From the NCBI GenBank assembly GCA_963805085.1, contig CAWDTA010000002.1, forward strand, positions 1,664,001 through 1,728,000: 64,000 nt of DNA, in the 5' to 3' direction. The notes under the pieces were generated by a model that ran no database searches, was not told where the DNA came from, and saw nothing but the letters and a program-made list of their open reading frames with translations. The translations under genes and the position numbers were made by a program. This document shows, in pieces, positions 50,803 to 60,226 of the stretch. The DNA is from an uncultured Veillonellaceae bacterium (GTDB lineage: Bacteria; Bacillota; Negativicutes; JARBTT01). Within the stretch, counting starts at the first letter, position 1. Each line of letters begins with the position of its first letter.

Positions 50803-51726
50803 TTATAAATCTAAATCCCAACGTTCTTCTAAGATCATTTCACCCCAAGTGGAGTTTTTATGGGAACTTGTTAGTGAAAAACCATGACTCTTATAGATGT
50901 GCCGCACAGTTTTTAGCGAGTTGATTGTTTTAAGAAAAACATGTTTATAGCCTTTTTCACGACAAAAATCTAATGCCATTTTTACGAGTTTGTGACCTAA
51001 ACCTCTACCACGTAATTCAGGTTCAATTAAAAAATATCTTAATTGAACAGTTGAATTTTCTGATTTGACGATTACTATGCTGCCTACAGGTTTGTTCTTT
51101 ATTTCTGCGACTAGCATGCATTCACAAGTCGCATCATAATGCTGTGCAAAATGATGTACACCTGTATCTACATAATCGCTAAAAGCTGAAGTTAAACCAT
51201 ATTCTTCATCATATAAAATGCGATGACGGGAGATAACATAATCAATATCTTTGTCAATGAAGTTTCGTATTAGGATAGGATTCATACTATCTGCAAGGAT
51301 GCTTTTGACTGTTTCCATTGCTTCGGTAACTTTTACAAGCTGACTTTGCTCTAACGGATGAATAAGAGAAGTAATTTGCTCATCAGATTTTTTTTCTAGA
51401 ATTGTTAATGTTTCATGCCCTTTTGGTGTTAAAGTAATGAAATTTACTCTATTATCTCTCTGAGATTGAACCTTTGCAATAAGTGCGTCCTTTTCTAATT
51501 TTTTGATGATTCGACTCATATAACTACGGTCTATATCTAGTTGAATTGACAATGTATTCGCTGTGCACTGGTTTATTCTGCTTATTTCGAGAATGACACG
51601 AGCCTCCGTTAAGGAGTAACCACTTCCTAAGATATGTTGATTTAGTAATCCTAAAATATCGGTATAAAAACGATTGAAACTTCTAATTTTATTAATGGAA
51701 TCAAGATTTTTTTGCATACGAATCAC
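50803..51726 (-). CDS. MarR-GNAT fusion regulator
   Basis: IRSFNRFYT, SLTEARVILE, LDIDRSYMSR, LTPKG, then GNAT motif LRYFLIEPELRGRGLG. Confidence 0.9.
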   Translation of the reverse strand: MIRMQKNLDSINKIRSFNRFYTDILGLLNQHILGSGYSLTEARVILEISRINQCTANTLSIQLDIDRSYMSRIIKKLEKDALIAKVQSQRDNRVNFITLTPKGHETLTILEKKSDEQITSLIHPLEQSQLVKVTEAMETVKSILADSMNPILIRNFIDKDIDYVISRHRILYDEEYGLTSAFSDYVDTGVHHFAQHYDATCECMLVAEIKNKPVGSIVIVKSENSTVQLRYFLIEPELRGRGLGHKLVKMALDFCREKGYKHVFLKTINSLKTVRHIYKSHGFSLTSSHKNSTWGEMILEERWDLDL

Positions 51727-51735
51727 CTTCTAAAA

Positions 51736-51766
51736 TTCAATTAATGGACTTAGTCCATTAATTGAA
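51736..51766. promoter_or_regulatory. Perfect palindrome, probable MarR operator
   Basis: TTCAATTAATGGACT-T-AGTCCATTAATTGAA just upstream of the MarR-GNAT gene. Confidence 0.65.
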
Positions 51767-51981
51767 GAATAAGAAAAATGATGAATTTTGTCAACATTTT
51801 TATTTTGATAACTTTATGAAAAAATCATTTAATAGCTGAAAAATCTTAGATGTATAGCGGTGGTGGAGCTAAATAAATTCCTAAATGAAAAAGCCTGCGA
51901 TCCTGCGATATTGTATACTATAAATATAGAAGTATCATTAATTTACAAGCTAAAACGTAGTCATTAAGGTAGGAGAAAAAA

Positions 51982-52785
51982 ATGAATGAAAAATGGACGA
52001 TAGGTGAAGTAGCAAAACTTTTTGACGTATCAACGGATACCTTGCGCTATTATGAAAAGATTGGTATCATTTCACCGCATAAGAGTGATGAGAACGGATA
52101 TAGGTATTATTCCTATGATGAGATAGTGGTGCTTATGGATATATTGTTTTTTCGTAATATGGAGCTATCAGTTAAAGACATTAGGAATATTATAACGAAA
52201 ATGAATGTTGGTGATATTAAAAATATCCTTTATCAAAACCAAAGAATAGTTGAAAATAGGATAGAAGAATTAAGTAAGTTAAAGAAAATGATTACCCAAG
52301 CTGCTTCTCAATATAAGCTATGTGAAGAACGATTGGGCAAGTTGTCCATTGTTTCTGTCCCTGCCTTTAAATATAAGCTTATTGGCATGCAGGCGAATGA
52401 CCTAGTTGCTACGATCCGTAAATATAAAGAAGAAGATTGGATAGATGACCGTATACGATATACTCTATTAGTCCCGCAGGAGGAACTTCTGGAAAATCCA
52501 AATTTTTGTTCGGCGCAAGTGGGGATTAGTGTTGATGAAGAAAATTTGTGTATGCTGGATCTCTCAGAACAGCAGGAGCTTTCATCTTTAGACGCTGCGG
52601 AGTATTTATACACAATCGTAGGCACAAATTATGCAGAACAAGAAAATGATGTACTAAGGAAAGCGTTAGATTACCTGAACACAGAAGGGCGACAAGTAAA
52701 AGGGGCTTTAGTTGGAAGATACCTTGCAAGTTCGCATAAAGATGGTCTTGATTATTATGAAATTTGGATTGCAATTCATCCTTGA
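51982..52785 (+). CDS. MerR family regulator
   Basis: TIGEVAKLFDVSTDTLRYYEKIG...NGYRYY. Confidence 0.92.
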   Translation: MNEKWTIGEVAKLFDVSTDTLRYYEKIGIISPHKSDENGYRYYSYDEIVVLMDILFFRNMELSVKDIRNIITKMNVGDIKNILYQNQRIVENRIEELSKLKKMITQAASQYKLCEERLGKLSIVSVPAFKYKLIGMQANDLVATIRKYKEEDWIDDRIRYTLLVPQEELLENPNFCSAQVGISVDEENLCMLDLSEQQELSSLDAAEYLYTIVGTNYAEQENDVLRKALDYLNTEGRQVKGALVGRYLASSHKDGLDYYEIWIAIHP

Positions 52786-52812
52786 CATTGGAGTTACTCA
52801 AAGGTTTATCAT
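52782..52812 (+). promoter_or_regulatory. MerR-type promoter with a 19-bp spacer for the MATE gene
   Basis: TTGACA-19 bp containing the GAGT-T-ACTC dyad-TATCAT. Confidence 0.8.
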
Positions 52813-52821
52813 CTTATCAGG

Positions 52822-54168
52822 GTGATAAAAATGAATGAAAATATATTAGGCAAAGAAAATATTACTACGTTATTTCTAAAATACAGCATCCCTGCGATTT
52901 CTGGAATGATATTTTTAGGGCTCAATACAATTGTGGATGGTTTTTTTGTTGGCAATTATATTGGTGTGAATGCGTTAGCGAGTGTAAATGTTGCGATGCC
53001 TTTTTTTAGTTTAATGATTGCAGTTGGTGTGATTATTGGAATCGGAACACAAAGTATCATAGGGCGAAAGCTAGGCGAAACCAATATAAAAGAGGCAAGC
53101 GACACATTTAAAACATCGCTTAGTTTAGTCACAGGCGTATCGTTGCTACTTTCCGTAATTGCTATTGGCTTTACCAACAAGATCGCTGTTTTTCTGGGGG
53201 CAAATGAGCAATTGATTCCAATGGTAACAACTTATATTAAATATGAAGCATTGTTCTTGCCTTTTTTCGGAATCATGTTTGTTTTAGATTATGTGTTAAA
53301 AGTAATGGGCAAACCTTTGTATTCAATGCAGCTTCTAGTGGTCTCTGTTATCAGTCATATGTTGTTTAACTATGTATGTATTGTACAACTTGGGCTAGGG
53401 ATTAAAGGCTCTGCTATTGCTGCAGGACTAGGCTATAGTGTTGCATTTGTTATGGCTATACTTCCATTTATCATGGGGAAAACGACATTGAAATTATTTC
53501 AAGGTAACTTTAGAAAAGCATTGGCTTGTAATATTCTCTATAATGGTGCATCGGAAGGCTTGGCGGAGATCGGCACTGGTGTTACAACCTTACTATTTAA
53601 CATTACGCTTATGCGTTATGTAGGCGAAGCTGGTGTAGCTGCTTTTACAGCTATAAGCTATTTATCTTTTATTGGACATAATATATTGATAGGTTTATCA
53701 GATGGTGCTGGTGCAATCATTAGCTATAATTATGGCAGCGGTAAAATGGAGCGTGTAAAAAAAGCATTAAGGCTTGCTGTTTTTTCGGCATTCATCATCG
53801 GTATAGGATTATTTTTCTGTATTTCTATGTTTGCTAGAGAAATCATTACGATATTTTTAGATGTAAATCATGAACAAGCTCTCAGTTTGGCTGTATATGG
53901 AGCGAGACTGTATGCTTTTGCGTTTATCATAAATGGCTTGAATATTGTTGTATCAGGTTATTTTACTGCTACTTGTAATCCTAAAAGCTCGGTATTGATC
54001 GCGTTGAGCAAAGGCATAGTGTGGATCGGGATAGGGCTGGTTATGTTACCGATGATATTTGGTATAAAAGGTATATGGCTAACAGTTCCTGTTGCAGAAC
54101 TGCTCACATTGATATTATCGGCAGCGTTGATGTATAAACATTTTAAGTACAAAATTCAACATACTTAG
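52822..54168 (+). CDS. MATE family efflux transporter (MepA-like)
   Basis: KYSIPAI, IVDGFFVG, ISYNYG, GIWLTVPVAE; about 12 TMs. Confidence 0.92.
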   Translation: MIKMNENILGKENITTLFLKYSIPAISGMIFLGLNTIVDGFFVGNYIGVNALASVNVAMPFFSLMIAVGVIIGIGTQSIIGRKLGETNIKEASDTFKTSLSLVTGVSLLLSVIAIGFTNKIAVFLGANEQLIPMVTTYIKYEALFLPFFGIMFVLDYVLKVMGKPLYSMQLLVVSVISHMLFNYVCIVQLGLGIKGSAIAAGLGYSVAFVMAILPFIMGKTTLKLFQGNFRKALACNILYNGASEGLAEIGTGVTTLLFNITLMRYVGEAGVAAFTAISYLSFIGHNILIGLSDGAGAIISYNYGSGKMERVKKALRLAVFSAFIIGIGLFFCISMFAREIITIFLDVNHEQALSLAVYGARLYAFAFIINGLNIVVSGYFTATCNPKSSVLIALSKGIVWIGIGLVMLPMIFGIKGIWLTVPVAELLTLILSAALMYKHFKYKIQHT

Positions 54169-54313
54169 CATAGTTTAAGTATCATTTGCGTAATTTTACT
54201 AAATAGGATTGCAAGATAAGGAGCGGGAGTAATATTCTAAGCGCTCATCATTGACTTTCTCCATTATGTGAAATACAATTTACCTAACAAATGGTCGGCA
54301 AGGAGGATGATTT

Positions 54314-54919
54314 ATGAGTGGTAAAACTAGAGATAAAATAAAGAAAATTGCGCTTACTCTATTTGCTGACAGTGGTTATGATGCAACAAGTATGGAGAAA
54401 ATTGCGACTGGAGTGGGAATAAAAAAATCATCACTGTATGCATTTATTACTAGTAAAGAAGCGCTGTTTTGGGAAATTTATGAGGAACTTGAAGCCCAAT
54501 ACCATAATTACATGGAGCGGTTATTGACAGAGTCGGAAAGCATGTCGCCAACAGAGAGGCTTTATTATCTCTTTAAGCAATATCTAATTGGTACTCAGAA
54601 TGAGGAACCGGGAGCGAGAACTTTTTGGATTCGTGTAATGTTTTTTCCCCCGGTGATGCTAAAAGATAGAGTGTTAGCGAGGGCGTTAAAACATGAAATG
54701 CTGCTTGGTGAGAGATACACGACAATAATTAAGGATGCAATTGAGCAAGGGTTAATTCGGAAAGAACCGCCCAAAGAAATTTTGCTTTCATATTATAGTT
54801 TAAGGCAGGGACTCTATTCATTAATGAATGTATTCATGTATGATATGACCGAAGCGCAAAAACTTGATAAGATTGATAAAGTATGGCAGAATTATTGGCA
54901 AGGAATAAAAGAAAGATAA
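54314..54919 (+). CDS. TetR family regulator
   Basis: GYDATSMEKIATGVGIKKSSLYAFITSKE. Confidence 0.9.
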   Translation: MSGKTRDKIKKIALTLFADSGYDATSMEKIATGVGIKKSSLYAFITSKEALFWEIYEELEAQYHNYMERLLTESESMSPTERLYYLFKQYLIGTQNEEPGARTFWIRVMFFPPVMLKDRVLARALKHEMLLGERYTTIIKDAIEQGLIRKEPPKEILLSYYSLRQGLYSLMNVFMYDMTEAQKLDKIDKVWQNYWQGIKER

Positions 54920-54962
54920 AAATGGACTATGTTGAAATTAAAGTTTCAACATAGTCCATTTC
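54920..54962. terminator. Terminator hairpin
   Basis: AAATGGACTATGTTGAAA...TTTCAACATAGTCCATTT. Confidence 0.75.
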
Positions 54963-55009
54963 TGTATTACGTAGGTTCGGAAAGCCGGGGCTTTGATGAA
55001 TAGTTTGTA

Positions 55010-56410
55010 CTAATAAACCACATCCGGCAAAGCGGATAAGGTATTGGAGGGCTGACTACTAGTTCCTTTTGGAAAACTAAAGAAAATAGTGGCTCCTTCG
55101 TCAACTTTTCCTATCATCCAGGCTTTACCACCGTGTCTTTTTAAAATCTTTTGACATGTAACAAGCCCTACGCCCGTTCCTTCAAATTGATCAACAGAAT
55201 GAAGTCTCTCTAAAATTTCGAAAAGTTTAGAAGAATACTCCATATCAAAACCTGCCCCATTGTCTTTTACGGAAATAATATAATTATTCCCATCCTCGGT
55301 GAAAGTTACATCAATAATTGCCTGTTCTCTGTTTCGGGTATATTTTAGCGCATTATCAAGAATATTTGTTACAAGAATTTTCAGCATGATCGGGTCGCCC
55401 TGGACTGTGGGCAGTTCTGCCACAGTATACTCTACCTGTCTTTTCGGCCCAATCTGACGTAACCCAGAATAGACTGTCCAAAATAATTCCTCCAACGAAA
55501 CCGGCTCGGTTTTTATTTGTTTTTGAGACATTCTGGAAAGTTCCAACAAATGATCCGTAATGGTAACGACTTCTGCAGATTTGTTTTGAATATGGTTAAC
55601 TAGCTCCTGCCCATTACGATCAAGCTTATCATAATAATCACGGACGATAAATTTAGCAAGCTGATTGATAGACAGTAATGGGGATTTGAAATCATGTGCT
55701 ACGGAATGACAGAAATGGTTTAGTTCCTGGTTATTATCTAATGCTTGTTGAAGTACAAAGTTAGTTTGTTGAAGTGACTCTTGATAATTAAGCAAGTCGG
55801 CTCTTGTCTTTTCGAAATATACCATTAACATACCAGACGTAATAACTAGTCGTGTAATGCCACATAGTAAGGTAATCCATAGCGGAAGTGACGTATCGTT
55901 TGCGAAAAAAGGAATGATAGCGGTTAAAATACCCCAGATAAAGAATGCATATCCGGTAATATAGTTTCCTGCTCCTCTTATCTTCAATTTACAAATAAAT
56001 ATTCTGGCTATATAAAGTAACATAATAGCGCCGAGCCATGTGGGAGGAAGCAACTTCCAAAATACGGATGCATTCATTAAATCAAATATGACACTTAACA
56101 ACGAAACAATAGTGGCACCGTATAACCAATATCTGTTTAGAGGTTTGTTGATTACAAGATAAGCACTGTATATTAGTACTGTAGCACAAACAATAAAAAA
56201 CATTTGGTAAGTTATACAACTTAAAAATGAACTTTTCCAATCAAACATACCAGACTCAAAAAGGGAAATTCGTGTAAAATGAGCTAGCCAGCTTATTATC
56301 CAAGCTCCCATATATTTTTCACGATGTACAATATATAGATGTATATAGATAAATAACATTAGAGCCGTTCCAGCCATTGCAATTATAGTAGATAAAAAAA
56401 CATAATCCAT
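55010..56410 (-). CDS. Multi-TM sensor histidine kinase, copy A (intact)
   Basis: About 7 TMs, then FCHSVAHDFKSPL, NALKY, DNGAGF, GTGVGL; ATG 56410 after GGAGG. Confidence 0.92.
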   Translation of the reverse strand: MDYVFLSTIIAMAGTALMLFIYIHLYIVHREKYMGAWIISWLAHFTRISLFESGMFDWKSSFLSCITYQMFFIVCATVLIYSAYLVINKPLNRYWLYGATIVSLLSVIFDLMNASVFWKLLPPTWLGAIMLLYIARIFICKLKIRGAGNYITGYAFFIWGILTAIIPFFANDTSLPLWITLLCGITRLVITSGMLMVYFEKTRADLLNYQESLQQTNFVLQQALDNNQELNHFCHSVAHDFKSPLLSINQLAKFIVRDYYDKLDRNGQELVNHIQNKSAEVVTITDHLLELSRMSQKQIKTEPVSLEELFWTVYSGLRQIGPKRQVEYTVAELPTVQGDPIMLKILVTNILDNALKYTRNREQAIIDVTFTEDGNNYIISVKDNGAGFDMEYSSKLFEILERLHSVDQFEGTGVGLVTCQKILKRHGGKAWMIGKVDEGATIFFSFPKGTSSQPSNTLSALPDVVY

Positions 56411-56488
56411 AGATTTTCCTCCATAATCATTAATATACAGCAATAAGTAATTTAATCTATAAATCGCCAAACCTCCTGTTGTTTTTAG

Positions 56489-56881
56489 TTATGACGGGAA
56501 CTTTCTATAAGTTGAGGACACCATCCCTTTTGTAGTAAGTCCAAAATTATAATTTCCATTTCTTTTGAAGAACTTTTGAAACCGCTCCATAAAATACGTT
56601 TCTACTATTTCAGAAGAAAAATCTGATATTTGTCCTATGTTAACTCTTACTGTACCAATAATCTTTGAACCAAATTTGGCATAGAATAGCGTGCCCCATT
56701 CGTCTAGTTCATCATACAAGAGCTTATTTTGATGGTCTACGGATACTAAGTTATAGCCTATTTCTTCGCCATAAACGTTATACCTTAGGCGATAGATTTC
56801 TTTTTTTTCTTCGGGTGTTGCTGCAATGCTAATTTTAATTACATTTGAGTCCGTAAGTGTCGTACAAGGTTCATTTTCCAT
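56489..56881 (-). pseudogene. Truncated LuxI/FeeM-like N-acyltransferase, copy A
   Basis: 130 aa homologous to the first third of the 380-aa copy B; it stops after YRKFPS and the rest is absent. Confidence 0.8.
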
Positions 56882-57192
56882 AAATTTTGCCTCCTATATT
56901 GTTTAGTAATCATTAGTGGATATTGCATTTACAAACAAAAAAGTATAATAAGCTATATTATAGCAAATTTTTACACATATGACATAAAAAATAGAAAATT
57001 ACACCATAAAATAGCTTTTTTAGTAAGTATCTATAAAAATAACGAATTTTATATGGTAAATTAATGCAGTAGTGGAATAAAACACTATAATTGCTTATTC
57101 GTATTCACAATTTCATTTGAATAATTTTTAAAGAACAAACTAGTATAGCCGTTGCCATGATCAAAAAATATGTTGAATTGGAGGGATATGAT

Positions 57193-58273
57193 TTGTATAA
57201 AGTGTTGCTTGTTGATGATGACAGGTCGATTTTATGCGGTCTAAGGCAATTCAAAGAATGGGAATCGTGTGGATTCACGATTGAAGATGAGGCATGTGCT
57301 AGCAAGGATGCATTAGAAAAAATAGCTTTAAAATGCTTTGATCTGGTAATTACCGATATCAGAATGCCTGGAATGGACGGACTAGAATTATTAAATAAGA
57401 TTAAAGCCAGAAGATACTTGTCTAATGATAATGAGCACCTATAATGATTTTGAATATGCGCAAGAAGGTATACGTCTTGGCGTATTTGACTATATTATGA
57501 AACCGATGGACAGCAAGATTCTGGAGAGTGCCTTAACTCGGGTAAAAAGGCATTTGGATGACAAAAACTTCTTACAAAAAAGGTGCAAAGAAGAAAAACA
57601 AATGCTATTCGAAGAAAACCTTAGATTTTTTTACCCAACGAGCCAAGAACAAAAACTTATTGATTTAATGATGATCGGTGACTATAAGACTATTGATGAA
57701 GCATCAAGTACTTGTTTAGAACTATTTAATTTGACGAATCAAGACCTAGTTAAGACAGATATACTGCTGGAAAAAATGCTCTTGAATTTAAGAGACAAAA
57801 TTAATCATAGTTTTCCCTGGCTGGCAACCCTTGAAGAAATAGTCTTTAATGATACTTTGACTGATGTGGAATCTATTGATGGTATTAAGACAAAGTTTTT
57901 GAGTTGTGTAAATACTATGCTGGAAATTATAAAAAGATATGAACTGCATCATCCAGACAGCGTAGTAGGGAAAACCTGTCGCTATGTAATAGAGCATGTC
58001 GAAGATAATATAAAACTGGAGGATATTGCTAGCGTTGTACATATAAGTCAGGATTATATGGGCAAGTTGTTTAAACAGAAAACGGGATATAATTTTATTG
58101 ATTATGCCACTAAAGTAAAAATGGGACATGCAAAACATCTGATTGTGACAGGTCAATATAAAAACTATGAACTAAGCGAAAAGCTTGGCTATAGTAGTAC
58201 GGATTACTTTTGTCGTCTATTTAAAGGTTACACTGGGGTTACACCAGTTGAATTTAGAAAAATGGGGAGTTAA
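57193..58273 (+). pseudogene. Frameshifted AraC-type response regulator, copy A
   Basis: 5-bp deletion at about 57411 (GCCAGAA-GATAC versus GCCAGAA-ACTTA-GATAC in copy B) splits the receiver domain. Confidence 0.88.
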
Positions 58274-58412
58274 TTATTTTTTGCAGTTTAAACTGTAATT
58301 TAGCGATTTCTTAGTATTTTTTTATTGCAATGCTAAAAAAAATGTCTGACTAAGTGTTGACAATCCGCTTTATCACATCATATTTAAAAATTATATTGGG
58401 GGTAATATAATC

Positions 58413-58604
58413 ATGTTTGAGCAATATAACGATTTAGTAAGTGTTGAAGATTTATGCGATATGCTAGCTATTGGTAAAAATTCAGCATATAAATTATTAT
58501 CATCCGGCGAAATAAAATGCTTTCGTCATAATCAAGTTTAGAAAATACCTCGGGCAGCAGTAACCGAATATATAATAGAAAAATCTAAATTAACGATTGT
58601 TTGA
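58413..58604 (+). pseudogene. Excisionase-like HTH gene with an internal stop
   Basis: MFEQYNDLVSVEDLCDMLAIGKNSAYKLLSSGEIKCFRHNQV*KIPRAAVTEYI; the TAG at 58539-41 sits where a Trp would be expected; RBS GGGGG. Confidence 0.7.
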
Positions 58605-58780
58605 AAGGCTGTTCCAAGTGTTCCACTTGTTCCACTAAAATCTATTTCACGAATATATTTTAAATAGAGCAATATCTAAGACTTATAAAAGCACTTTTAA
58701 CCACATCCATTTATTGGATGTGGTTAATTTGTGGTCAAAAAGGCCCCACGTCAAACCACGCGAAGCCGTGAATTTACTGA

Positions 58781-58832
58781 TGGCAGAGAGGGAGGGATTC
58801 GAACCCTCAGCACCTTGCGGTACAATTGATTT
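58781..58832 (-). other. Degenerate 3' fragment of a tRNA (Ser-like), probable att-site remnant
   Basis: TGGCAGAGAGGGAGGGATTCGAACCCTC...CCTTGCGGTAC is the reverse complement of a long variable arm, T-arm (GGTTCGAATCC), acceptor stem and GCCA end; the 5' half is missing. Confidence 0.75.
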
Positions 58833-58835
58833 GTA

Positions 58836-60206
58836 CTAATAAACCACATCCGGTAAAGCGGATAAGGTGTTAGAGGTCTGACTACTATTTCCTTTTGGAA
58901 AACTAAAGAAAATAGTGGCTCCTTCATCAACTTTTCCTGTCATCCAGGCTTTACCACCGTGTCTTTTTAGAATCTTTTGACACGTAACAAGCCCTACGCC
59001 CGTTCCTTCAAATTGATCGACAGGATGAAGTCTCTCTAAAATTTCGAAAAGTTTAGAAGAATACTCCATATCAAAACCTGCCCCATTGTCTTTTACGGAA
59101 ATAATATAATTATTCCCATCCTCGGTGAAAGTTACATCAATAATTGCCTGTTCTCTGTTTCGGGTATATTTTAGCGCATTATCAAGAATATTTGTTACAA
59201 GAATTTTCAGCATGATCGGGTCGCCCTGGACTGTGGGCAGTTCTGCCACAGTATACTCTACCTGTCTTTTCGGCCCAATCTGCCGTAACTCGGAATAGAC
59301 TGTCCAAAATAACTCCTCCAACGAAACCGGCTCGGTTTTTATTTGTTTTTGAGACATTCTGGAGAGTTCCAACAAATGATCCGTAATGGTAACGACTTCT
59401 GCAGATTTGTTTTGAATATGGTTAACTAACTCTTGTCCATTACGATCAAGCTTATCATAATAATCACGCACGATAAATTTAGCAAGCTGATTGATAGACA
59501 GTAATGGGGATTTGAAATCATGTGCTACGGAATGACAGAAATGGTTTAGTTCCTGGTTAGTTTGTTGAAGCGATTCTTGATTACTAAGCAAATTGGCTCT
59601 TGTTTTTTCGAAATATACTAACACAATACCGGACGCAATAATAAATCGCAAGATTCCAGCAATTGAGACTATCCATCGTGAGAAGTCGGTATTGACACCC
59701 AAAAGGGGTGTTAATGCGGTGAAAATGCCCCACAGGATAAATGCATATCCTGTAATATAGTTTCCTGCTCCTTTTATCTGCAATTTGGTAATAAATATTC
59801 TACCTATATAGTACAGCATAAGAGTGGAAATACATGAAGAAGGAACTAACTTCCAAAAAGTAGAAGCATCCACTAAATCGAGTATAATATTTAATACAGA
59901 AGCAATAGCGACACCACGCAACCAAATTACATTTAATTGCTTTTTAATGACAAGATGAGCACTATATATAAGAGTCGTGGAACAGGCTATAAAAAGCGTT
60001 TGGTAAGTAAAAAAACTTAATATGGACTGTCTCCAATCTAACATTCCAGAATCAAAGAGTGCAAGCCGTATTAAATGAATAAGCCATCCTACGATCCAAG
60101 CACCCATATATGATTCGCGATATACGCCATATAAATATATGTAGATAAATAGCATAAGAATTGTCCCGGACATTGCGCATATTATAGATAAAAAAATAAT
60201 ATCCAT
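58836..60206 (-). CDS. Multi-TM sensor histidine kinase, copy B (intact)
   Basis: Same kinase core as copy A with a diverged TM domain; ATG 60206 after GAAGGAAGG. Confidence 0.92.
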   Translation of the reverse strand: MDIIFLSIICAMSGTILMLFIYIYLYGVYRESYMGAWIVGWLIHLIRLALFDSGMLDWRQSILSFFTYQTLFIACSTTLIYSAHLVIKKQLNVIWLRGVAIASVLNIILDLVDASTFWKLVPSSCISTLMLYYIGRIFITKLQIKGAGNYITGYAFILWGIFTALTPLLGVNTDFSRWIVSIAGILRFIIASGIVLVYFEKTRANLLSNQESLQQTNQELNHFCHSVAHDFKSPLLSINQLAKFIVRDYYDKLDRNGQELVNHIQNKSAEVVTITDHLLELSRMSQKQIKTEPVSLEELFWTVYSELRQIGPKRQVEYTVAELPTVQGDPIMLKILVTNILDNALKYTRNREQAIIDVTFTEDGNNYIISVKDNGAGFDMEYSSKLFEILERLHPVDQFEGTGVGLVTCQKILKRHGGKAWMTGKVDEGATIFFSFPKGNSSQTSNTLSALPDVVY

Positions 60207-60226
60207 TTGTATCCTTCCTTCTATAC

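Noticed and set aside
56411-56470. 20-aa N-terminal extension of kinase A
   Set aside because: Homology with kinase B and a GGAGG RBS favour ATG 56410, although the upstream TTG also has a GGAGG, so it is not fully excluded.
58781-58832. Functional tRNA-Ser gene
   Set aside because: Only the 3' half is present and it is degenerate; there is no D-arm or 5' acceptor strand.
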